Assembly (NCBI GenBank): GCA_041483135.1
Contig: JBGPFE010000009.1
Coordinates: 54,629-118,628 of the forward strand
Direction of reading: 5' to 3'
DNA length: 64,000 nucleotides
Origin: Gammaproteobacteria bacterium
GTDB taxonomy: Bacteria; Pseudomonadota; Gammaproteobacteria; Burkholderiales; SG8-41
How positions within the stretch are numbered: position 1 is the stretch's first letter; every line of letters starts with the position of its first letter. Position numbers and translations under genes: made by a program. The notes under the pieces are model-generated. The model was not told the DNA's origin. It searched no databases and worked only from the letters and a program-made list of their open reading frames with translations. Of the stretch, positions 9,841-17,456 are shown piece by piece.

Positions 9841-10608
9841 CTATCCCGCGGAAAACCCGCCATCCACGAAGATCGTCTGCCCCGTCACATAATCCGACGC
9901 GCGGCTCGCCAGGTAAATCACGGTGCCCCGCAAGTCGGCGAGTTCGCCGTTGCGGCCGGCGAAAGTGCGCGCCGCGTTTTCCGCCCAGCGCGCGGGGTCG
10001 TTCACCACCGGCGCCGTGAGCGGCGTCGCGAAAAATCCCGGCGCGATCGCATTGGCGTTCACCCCGTGCCGCGACCACGCTTCGCCCTGCGCACGCGTCA
10101 ATTGTATGACGCCGCCCTTCGACACGCCGTACGCGCCGGAATTGTTAAATGCGCGCACGGCCTGCAGCGACGCGATGTTGATGATGCGGCCCCAGCGCCG
10201 GGCGATCATTGCGGGCGCGAGTTGCTGGGCGAGAAAAAACGGCGCCTCGAGATTGAGTTGCAGCGTGGCGTCCCAATCGGCCGCCGAGATATCCAGCATC
10301 GGTTTTCGGATGTTGACGCCCGCGGCCGACACCAGGATGTCGGGCGCGCCGAAGAACGTCGCGGCTTGCGCTGCACATGTGGCGATTGCGGCGCGATCGG
10401 TCAGGTCGCACGCCACCGCCGCGGCCCGGCCGCCCGTGGACTCGATTTCCTCCTGCGCCCGCGCGAGCCCGGCCTCCCGGCGCGCAACCAGCACGATCGA
10501 CGCGCCGGCTTCGGCCAGCGTCTTCGCGATCGCGTTGCCGATGCCCGAGCTTGCCCCCGTCACCAACGCAACTTTTCCCGCCAGATCGAACAGCGATTGG
10601 ACCGGCAT
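9841..10608 (-). CDS. SDR-family oxidoreductase
   Basis: 255 aa. TGASSGIG cofactor motif and YGVSK active-site motif. Lies 7 nt downstream of the HisD-like gene. Confidence 0.9.
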   Translation of the reverse strand: MPVQSLFDLAGKVALVTGASSGIGNAIAKTLAEAGASIVLVARREAGLARAQEEIESTGGRAAAVACDLTDRAAIATCAAQAATFFGAPDILVSAAGVNIRKPMLDISAADWDATLQLNLEAPFFLAQQLAPAMIARRWGRIINIASLQAVRAFNNSGAYGVSKGGVIQLTRAQGEAWSRHGVNANAIAPGFFATPLTAPVVNDPARWAENAARTFAGRNGELADLRGTVIYLASRASDYVTGQTIFVDGGFSAG

Positions 10609-10615
10609 CGCGCGC

Positions 10616-11932
<1,317 letters not shown>

Positions 11933-12065
11933 TCACCCTTGTCAAAGACGTGGCCGGCCGCCCGGAAGCCGGGCGCCGCAAGTGAGTCAGAGAATGGGGC
12001 AAACCGCGGCGAAAATCAACACGCCGCCTGCGTTCCGAGCGAGGCCGGTAGAATCCTTGCGCCGT

Positions 12066-12179
12066 TCACCGCTCGCGCCACGCATCATGCACGGTCTTTG
12101 GGATCGGAGACAGCAGGTATTCGATCACCGAGCGGTTGCCGAAATGGATCTCGGCTGCGACCTGCATGCCGGAGGTCAT
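12066..12179 (-). pseudogene. hlyD 3'-end remnant A (last 37 codons)
   Basis: Encodes MTSGMQVAAEIHFGNRSVIEYLLSPIPKTVHDAWRER*. By eye about 90% nt identity to the 3' end of intact hlyD (14871-14985). Confidence 0.85.
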
Positions 12180-12430
12180 TTCTTTGCGTTATCCATCCAC
12201 TCATGCATTTCACGATTTTCCTTTGCTGCTTCCCTGCGCCGCTCTCGGATAAACTCATCAACTAAAGATTTTTTCGTTCTGATACGCCTACGCACGAGCT
12301 GTTGCAAGCGCTTCAACATGCTCCTGCGAGTTAACATAGAGACGGTCATTGGAAGCGAGAATCAGATCAAGTTTGGAGAGAACGGATTTTAGATCAAATT
12401 GCTCCGCTTGCGTGGCGCAAACTAGACTGC
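12176..12430 (-). pseudogene. Frameshifted AbrB-type vapB-like antitoxin remnant
   Basis: One frame gives ...RRRIRTKKSLVDEFIRERRREAAKENRE..., compared with intact VapB IRRKRGKSLVDEFLAERRAETRRERAKR. The upstream frame gives LDLILASNDRLYVNSQEHVEALATA, compared with VVLILEPDSVRLMTHRAAIARAQ. Its TGA overlaps the ATG of remnant A. Confidence 0.6.
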
Positions 12431-12492
12431 TACCGCTCTGCACGATGGCTGTGGGACACCGGGCAGACTCAAGCGATGACGGAGCAGTATGG

Positions 12493-12521
12493 TTATGCTC
12501 TCTGCCCCAAACTGCTAGAAT
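12493..12521 (+). promoter_or_regulatory. Candidate extended -10 promoter for hicB-like gene
   Basis: TGcTAGAAT at 12513-12521, weak -35 TTATGC with a 17-nt spacer, about 26 nt upstream of ATG 12547. Confidence 0.4.
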
Positions 12522-12546
12522 GCGGCGAATCCGAACTCAGCGGTGC

Positions 12547-12729
12547 ATGTTTATGAAAACCTGCACCGCAGCGATCGAGCGCTGTCCGGATACCGGACTC
12601 TACGTCGGCTACATTCCCGGCTTTCCCGGCGCGCATTCGCAGGCCGCCACCCTGGATGAATTAGATGCTAATCTCAAAGAAGTCATCGAAATGTTGAGCC
12701 AGATCGAATCGCCGCGTATTGAATCTTAG
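12547..12729 (+). CDS. hicB: HicB-family (UPF0150) antitoxin-like protein, no adjacent HicA
   Basis: Trimmed from ORF 12349-12729. M(FM)KTCTAAIERCPDTGLYVGYIPGFPGAHSQAATLDELDANLKEVIEMLSQ matches the HicB N-terminal fold pattern (..Y.A.VP.LPGC.SQG.T.EEA..N..EAI). Confidence 0.7.
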   Translation: MFMKTCTAAIERCPDTGLYVGYIPGFPGAHSQAATLDELDANLKEVIEMLSQIESPRIES

Positions 12730-12741
12730 CAGGACGATTTA

Positions 12742-12927
12742 ATGACAAAGAGCGAGCTCAAAACCACACCTTACGATTCGGCGGAGTATCTTAGCGACGA
12801 AAAGGATATCGCCGTCTATCTTAATGCGGCGCACGAAGGCAATGATCCGGCGCTCATCCGCCATGCATTGAGTGTCGTTGCGCGGGCGCCAGGATTGCGG
12901 CGAGCGTCCATGAAGGACGAAGGGTGA
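12742..12927 (+). pseudogene. Truncated HigA-type 'addiction module antidote' protein (HTH half missing)
   Basis: MTKSELKTTPYDSAEYLSDEKDIAVYLNAAHEGNDPALIRHALSVVARA matches the N-terminal half of about 95-aa antidote proteins. The sequence then diverges and stops at 61 aa, abutting the RES gene 3' end. Confidence 0.6.
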
Positions 12928-12956
12928 TTTTCAGCAAGAAGTCCCTTCCTCGCCGC

Positions 12957-13424
12957 TCAATTCTTTTTCCACAGCCTTGGATCGAAAGAAAACGGCTCCG
13001 GTCGCAATACTTTTATGCGACTGAAATAGGGATGCCGGGGATTCAGAAGATAGTTGAACTCGTCTGCGACCAGCGCCGATGGAACTTTGAGCACCGCATG
13101 TCGCGCCGCGGCGCACCAACGGCTACCCAAATCCATGGTGGCGTCAATCGGAGGAGAGGATTTCCAGTGCCGGGGAAGAGTGGCGGAATCGACAGTTTCC
13201 AGGATCATATCGTCCGGAACTGTGGCGCGCACCGATACCAACGCTATCGCGGCGTCCCTGCGGCCCAGATGGACAAGGTACTCCAGCGCCGCGAGAGACA
13301 GCGTCGCGGCCGTGTATACGATCGGATGGCCCTTGTGATGCCAACGGCCTGAGGCATCCAGACCGCCTGTCCCTGAAAATACTGCTTTTGCGTATCGCTC
13401 CTTGCAGATCCTGTAGACGATCAT
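12957..13424 (-). CDS. RES-domain toxin (NAD+-targeting RES/ParT/MbcT family)
   Basis: Start trimmed to MIVYRICKERY... Contains GRWHHKGHPIVYTAATLSLAALEYLVH (R, E, S signature region). ATGA overlap with the upstream antitoxin (13421-13424). Confidence 0.88.
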   Translation of the reverse strand: MIVYRICKERYAKAVFSGTGGLDASGRWHHKGHPIVYTAATLSLAALEYLVHLGRRDAAIALVSVRATVPDDMILETVDSATLPRHWKSSPPIDATMDLGSRWCAAARHAVLKVPSALVADEFNYLLNPRHPYFSRIKVLRPEPFSFDPRLWKKN

Positions 13425-13861
13425 GCAACAAAGCCGTGCTCGATACGCTGCAGTTCTTCCTCCACCTCTCTCGTTCCTGCCTCGGTTTCGATCAGATCGA
13501 ATGGCATCCGATCCCCCAGGCCCGCCTGATTCGCGGACAGCCACTCCAGTGCCTGGCTCCGGCTTTCCAAAACCTCCTCGGCCAGCGCCACGATTTTGGC
13601 CGTGCGGTAGAGGCGGTCGCTCACCGCTGGCTTCATACGCGGGGTGCTTCGAAGGCCCACTAGCCGATCGATGGTCCGCGCGCTGACACCAAGCGCGCGC
13701 GACAGTATGGTGTTCGGAAGCTTGGTATTTGCTTTGAATTTCACGAAGACCTGCGAGCGGAAGCCGCGCCTGATCTCCTCATCGAAGTCCAGCTCGCGCT
13801 CCACCTTCGTCCCGATCACCCGCTCACCACCCAACAGATCGATTACGAGTTGTTCGCTCAT
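13421..13861 (-). CDS. Xre-type antitoxin with C-terminal DUF2384/ParS/MbcA toxin-binding domain
   Basis: 146 aa. HTH region LPNTILSRALGVSARTIDRL. C-terminal ALEWLSANQAGLGDRMPFDLIETEAGTREVEEELQRIEHG. Confidence 0.85.
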   Translation of the reverse strand: MSEQLVIDLLGGERVIGTKVERELDFDEEIRRGFRSQVFVKFKANTKLPNTILSRALGVSARTIDRLVGLRSTPRMKPAVSDRLYRTAKIVALAEEVLESRSQALEWLSANQAGLGDRMPFDLIETEAGTREVEEELQRIEHGFVA

Positions 13862-13895
13862 AGTGAACTCCGGACAGTGTCAGACATTTGTCGGT

Positions 13896-13924
13896 ATTAT
13901 ATACGTCATATGTCAGGGATGCAA
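13896..13924 (-). promoter_or_regulatory. Near-consensus sigma70 promoter of xre-RES, with operator-like palindromes just downstream
   Basis: Minus strand reads TTGCAT-17 nt-TATAAT. GACAgTGTC and GACAttTGTC palindromes lie at 13873-13892, between the -10 and the ATG. Confidence 0.6.
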
Positions 13925-13925
13925 A

Positions 13926-14105
13926 TTACCTCTCCCTCCACGCCTCGTGCACGGTCTTCTGGATTGGCGAGAGCAAGTATTCGATCACCGAGCGGTTGCC
14001 GAGCATGTCGACCGCCACAACGGCAGCGATTGCTGCGCCGTGCGCGAGCGCGAGGATCGCGGCCAGTATCGTCGAAAACCGCAGATTGATTCTCAGCGCC
14101 GACTA
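13926..14105 (-). pseudogene. hlyD remnant B (N-terminal TM-like segment fused to last about 24 codons)
   Basis: Encodes ...LRFSTILAAILALAHGAAIAAVVAVDMLGNRSVIEYLLSPIQKTVHEAWRER*. 27-nt and 25-nt blocks are identical to the intact hlyD 3' end. No start codon. Confidence 0.75.
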
Positions 14106-14155
14106 TGCATTCGTAAAAGGACGTCCGGACACATTATAGCTATGGCGCGCGCAGC

Positions 14156-14184
14156 TTGATTCCCTGAATATGGCCATTTATAAT
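14156..14184 (+). promoter_or_regulatory. Sigma70 promoter of phd-vapC module (possibly leaderless transcript)
   Basis: TTGATT (14156-14161), 17-nt spacer, TATAAT (14179-14184). ATG 14191 lies 7 nt after the -10. Confidence 0.55.
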
Positions 14185-14190
14185 ACACAA

Positions 14191-14436
14191 ATGGACATTT
14201 CAGTTACCGACTTCAAACACCGCTGTCTTGAGATAATCCGCAAAGTGGAGAAAACCGGCAAGCCTGTCACACTGACGCGCCGCGGCAAACCGGTTGCCCA
14301 TCTGGAAGCGAGCTCGGTGCATGGAGTCGCCAACAAGGCGAAGCCGTGGGAGCGCCTGCGCGCGCTGGGCGGCCGCCTGCTTGCCGGGCCGGGCGAGTCA
14401 GTGCTGCGCGACGAGGACTTCGAGGCGCTGCGCTGA
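14191..14436 (+). CDS. Phd/YefM-family antitoxin
   Basis: MDISVTDFKHRCLEIIRKVEKTGKPVTLTRRGKPVAHLE is a typical Phd/YefM N-terminus. The ORF-track start at 14170 lies inside the promoter spacer. Confidence 0.8.
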   Translation: MDISVTDFKHRCLEIIRKVEKTGKPVTLTRRGKPVAHLEASSVHGVANKAKPWERLRALGGRLLAGPGESVLRDEDFEALR

Positions 14437-14834
14437 AAGTACTGCTCGACACCCATGTCTGGGTATGGTGGCTGACGCCAAATTCGCCGCTGTCCGGCAC
14501 GGAACGTTCTGCGCTCGACACGAGCGCCGCGCGCCAGGGACTCTTTCTTTCAGCCGTGAGCCTGTGGGAGGCTCAGGTGCTGCACGCCAAAAATCGGTTG
14601 AAACTACCGTTGCCGTTCGCCGACTGGCTCCGCCGGGCAGCCGACGAGCGCATGATTTCAGTGGTGCCGCTCGATACGGACGTGATCCTTGCCCTCGATG
14701 CGCTGCCGGAAACTTTTCATGGCGATCCGGCTGACCGCTTGATTGTTGCTACGGCATGTGCACACAGTCTGCCGTTGGCCACTCACGATGCGGCAATTCG
14801 ACGCAGCCGCACCGTTACGCTCTGGAAACCGTGA
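14346..14834 (+). CDS. vapC: PIN-domain VapC-family toxin (start uncertain; conserved core begins about 14433)
   Basis: Core LKVLLDTHVWVWWL...FLSAVSLWEAQVL...DPADRLIVATA...LATHDAAI. The only in-frame starts are GTG 14346 (91-nt overlap with phd) or CTG 14433 at the position of a usual ATGA junction. Confidence 0.8.
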   Translation: MGAPARAGRPPACRAGRVSAARRGLRGAALKVLLDTHVWVWWLTPNSPLSGTERSALDTSAARQGLFLSAVSLWEAQVLHAKNRLKLPLPFADWLRRAADERMISVVPLDTDVILALDALPETFHGDPADRLIVATACAHSLPLATHDAAIRRSRTVTLWKP

Positions 14835-14870
14835 AGCCAAAGGCCGGCTGCTGACAAACGACCACGCTGG

Positions 14871-16244
14871 TCAGCGCTCCCGCCACGCCTCGTGCACGGT
14901 CTTCTGGATCGGGGACAGCAGGTATTCGATCACCGAGCGGTTGCCGAGATGGATCTCCGCCGCGACCTGCATGCCGGGGGTGAGCTTGTAGCGCAGGCCC
15001 TGCGCTTCGAGCTGCGATGAATTCAATGCCACGAGCGCGCGGTAGCTGAGGCTGGCTGGAGCATTCGCGCTGTCGGGCGGCGGCTTGCGGTCGCTGCTGG
15101 CATCCGCGTTCTTGTCGGTCGCGTCGTACGTGACATGACGCACCACTCCGTCGAGCATGCCGTACTTCTGGAACGGGTACGCTTCGAGCTTGATCTTGAC
15201 CTTCTGGTCGACTTCGACGAAGCCGGAATCGATGTTGCTGACCCAGACTTCCGCAAGCAAAGGCTCGTTGTGCGGCACCAGCGTCAGCAGCACGGTACCG
15301 GGAGATACCACCGTGCCCTGCGTATGCGTGGCGAGGTCCTTGACGATTCCGGCCTGCGGCGCCTTCAGCTCCAGCAAACCATGCTTGTATGTATTCTTCG
15401 CAAGCTCCTGGTTTAGCTTGCTGTACTGCGACTCGGCGTCGATCCGTTCGTTGTGCAACTGCTGCTGATAGTTGGAAGTGATCTGCGCGATGCGCTTGCT
15501 CGACTGCGCGATGGTCGCCTTGAGCGACTCGACGTTCTGGGTCTGCGCCTGCAGTTCCTGCTCGGTTTCGATGCGGCTGCGCGTGCGGTCGAGCGCCATC
15601 AGCTTGCCCGCGAACCCTTCCTTGGCGAGCTGGTTCCAGCCTTTTTCCTGCTCCTGGTAGATCGGCAGCGTCTGCTTGAGCTTGCTCTGCACTTCGATCG
15701 CGCTATTGAGATCGTGCTGCACTTTCGAAAGCGCCGCGCGTTCGGTGTCGAGCGCGTCCTGGTACGCCTGGCGGTGAGACCGAAACTGCGCGTCGACCTG
15801 CGCGTAAAGCGCCACGTCATCGCCTGCTTTTTTGGCGAGCGACACACCCTTGAGTTCCGCATCGATACGGCGCAGCTGCAGCACCCTCAACTGATAGTCG
15901 TTGTCGAGCACTTTGCGGTCCGCCACCGAAATGCTGGTGTCCATGCGCATGAGCGCCTGGCCGGCGACGACCTCGTCGCCTTCCTTCACCAGGATCTCCT
16001 TCACGACGCCCGAGTCCGCCGGCTGCACAACCTTGAGAAAGCTCTGCGGCACGAGCTTGCCCTGCGCGACCGCGACGATATCGAGCCTGCCGAACGTGGC
16101 CCAGACCAGCAACACTGCGAACAATGCCAGCAGCGCGTACAGAATCAGCCGCGGCAACGGCGAAGGCGGCGCGTGCTGCGCCTGCAGGATCGCGGGCGCG
16201 AAATCGAGCGCGTCGGCAGACAACTGCCGGATCCGGTTGATCAT
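14871..16244 (-). CDS. hlyD: HlyD-family T1SS membrane-fusion protein (HlyD type)
   Basis: Start trimmed to MINRIRQLSADALDFAPAILQAQHAPPSPLPRLILYALLALFAVLLVW.... Compare E. coli HlyD EFLPAHLELIETPVSRRPR followed by a TM helix. Long coiled coil. C-terminal LGNRSVIEYLLSPIQK. ATGA overlap with the vapC stop. Confidence 0.9.
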   Translation of the reverse strand: MINRIRQLSADALDFAPAILQAQHAPPSPLPRLILYALLALFAVLLVWATFGRLDIVAVAQGKLVPQSFLKVVQPADSGVVKEILVKEGDEVVAGQALMRMDTSISVADRKVLDNDYQLRVLQLRRIDAELKGVSLAKKAGDDVALYAQVDAQFRSHRQAYQDALDTERAALSKVQHDLNSAIEVQSKLKQTLPIYQEQEKGWNQLAKEGFAGKLMALDRTRSRIETEQELQAQTQNVESLKATIAQSSKRIAQITSNYQQQLHNERIDAESQYSKLNQELAKNTYKHGLLELKAPQAGIVKDLATHTQGTVVSPGTVLLTLVPHNEPLLAEVWVSNIDSGFVEVDQKVKIKLEAYPFQKYGMLDGVVRHVTYDATDKNADASSDRKPPPDSANAPASLSYRALVALNSSQLEAQGLRYKLTPGMQVAAEIHLGNRSVIEYLLSPIQKTVHEAWRER

Positions 16245-16621
16245 CGAATCAGTTCCAGATTGAAACGTTTTTTCAGCTTTGACCAGGCCCTGTCCGCCGT
16301 CAGAATGCGTCCTTTCAGATATTTGCCGGTCGCCAGGCACACGCGGTCCCCAAGCGACAGGCCGGCGCCGCGAATTCGTTCAAGACAACCCGCCTCGAAG
16401 GCGAGATCGGAATCGAGATCGAGCAGCTTCAGGCGCATGGCAAGTATCGAATTCCGCAGGGCGATGGTGTCAATCTCCCTGCGCGCAGCAAACCCAATGA
16501 CCTCGGCCAGATTCACGACGTTCATGTACGCCTGCTCGTCCATCGCGGCGGCGACTCTATCCGCCCCGTCCTCGCGCAGGATCAGCGCGAGCAACGCGGA
16601 CGCGTCGAGCACGAATATCAT
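16241..16621 (-). CDS. vapC: PIN-domain VapC toxin
   Basis: 126 aa. MIFVLDASALLA..., NLAEV, GDRVCLA, LTADRAW acidic-residue pattern of PIN nucleases. ATGA overlaps at both ends (16618-16621 with vapB, 16241-16244 with hlyD). Confidence 0.88.
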   Translation of the reverse strand: MIFVLDASALLALILREDGADRVAAAMDEQAYMNVVNLAEVIGFAARREIDTIALRNSILAMRLKLLDLDSDLAFEAGCLERIRGAGLSLGDRVCLATGKYLKGRILTADRAWSKLKKRFNLELIR

Positions 16622-16881
16622 CGCTTCGCGCGCTCCCGCCGCGTCTCGGCGCGGCGTTCAGCCAGAAACTCGTCAACCAGCGATTTGCCCCGCTTGCGCC
16701 TGATCGGCGCGCACAGAGTTTGCGCCCGCGCGATCGCCGCACGGTGCGTCATCAGCCTGACCGAATCCGGCTCCAGAATCAGCACCACGTCTTCCCCGGG
16801 ATTGATCGCCAGCGACCGCCGATACTCGGCTGGAATCACCACCCGTCCATGCGGACCCATCTTGATGTGTACCCTCGGCAT
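16618..16881 (-). CDS. vapB: AbrB/SpoVT-type VapB antitoxin
   Basis: Start trimmed to ATG 16881 with a GGGAG RBS. MPRVHIKMGPHGRVVIPAEYRRSLAINPGEDVVLILE is a swapped-hairpin AbrB-like motif. Confidence 0.82.
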   Translation of the reverse strand: MPRVHIKMGPHGRVVIPAEYRRSLAINPGEDVVLILEPDSVRLMTHRAAIARAQTLCAPIRRKRGKSLVDEFLAERRAETRRERAKR

Positions 16882-16940
16882 CGTTGCGCTCCCGTGTTGA
16901 TGTGTCAATTTTTTGTTATTAGGCCATAAATATAATAATC

Positions 16941-16964
16941 TGTCACTTATTTATAATAATGACA
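16941..16964. promoter_or_regulatory. Candidate VapB operator / promoter region
   Basis: TGTCA-N14(AT-rich)-TGACA inverted repeat. TATAATAAT occurs twice (16931-16939, 16952-16960) in the AT-rich gap upstream of vapB. Confidence 0.35.
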
Positions 16965-16982
16965 AATTAGCGCATTCCTGTC

Positions 16983-17019
16983 AAAAACGATGGGCGGACG
17001 CTGCGACGCGAAACCGCCC
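16983..17019 (-). terminator. Rho-independent terminator after the DUF3467-like gene
   Basis: Minus strand has GGGCGG...CCGCCC stem (17019-16992) followed by ATCGTTTTT. Confidence 0.55.
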
Positions 17020-17031
17020 CCGCCGGCGATA

Positions 17032-17385
17032 TCAGTGCTTGCTGTCTTTTTTCGCCGGCTCTGCCTTGGCCGCACCTTGCGCCTTGAGCCCGGCGACTAC
17101 CTGCCCCAGCTGCTGGTGCAGCGCGGCGAGCGTGTCGTAGCCGAGCGCAACGCGTACCGCGAGCTTGCCGGTCAGCGTCTCGGGAATTTTCCCGCCCGAG
17201 CGCGCGAGCTGCGACAGCGCCGCAAGCGCCGCCGGCTCGAGAAAACCGAAATCGACGAACACCATGCCCGGCGCGCCGTTGAGGCGCGTGAAGTTGGCGA
17301 GCACCGGCTGGTCGGAATTCCCGACCGGCGCGAGCCTGATGTTGAGGCCGACGGTTTTTTCCTGCTTTTCGTTCTGTTCTGCCAT
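17032..17385 (-). CDS. Small hypothetical protein, tentatively DUF3467-like
   Basis: Start trimmed to MAEQNEKQEKTVGLNIRL... (GGAAG RBS). The pattern LNI.L......LANFTRLNGAPGMVFVDFGFLEP....KLAVRVALGYDTLAALHQQL resembles DUF3467 (LNIEL..YSN...I.HS..EFV.DF....P...V..RI.L....AKRLL.AL). Confidence 0.7.
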   Translation of the reverse strand: MAEQNEKQEKTVGLNIRLAPVGNSDQPVLANFTRLNGAPGMVFVDFGFLEPAALAALSQLARSGGKIPETLTGKLAVRVALGYDTLAALHQQLGQVVAGLKAQGAAKAEPAKKDSKH

Positions 17386-17418
17386 GTAGTTGCTTCCTTG
17401 ATTAAGTACTCCGTTTTG

Positions 17419-17456
17419 CCCTTCACTCTTCACTCATTCACCCTTCACGTCACCTC
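17419..17456. repeat. Single array of TTCAC-containing 7/8-nt repeats
   Basis: TTCAC at 17422, 17429, 17437 and 17444, plus GTCAC at 17449. Lies between the giant gene stop and the next start. Confidence 0.7.

Noticed and set aside
12349-12546. N-terminal extension of the HicB ORF, or a hidden hicA upstream
   Set aside because: The extension has no family resemblance and spans a promoter-like element. The opposite strand here is the vapB fossil. No HicA-like ORF of about 60 aa (dsRBD-like, basic) was found.
12066-14990. Integron-like cassette array (TA genes between repeated sequences)
   Set aside because: There is no intI integrase and I could recognise no attC-type imperfect palindromes at the cassette ends. 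The repeated units are hlyD coding sequence, which fits gene decay or recombination better.
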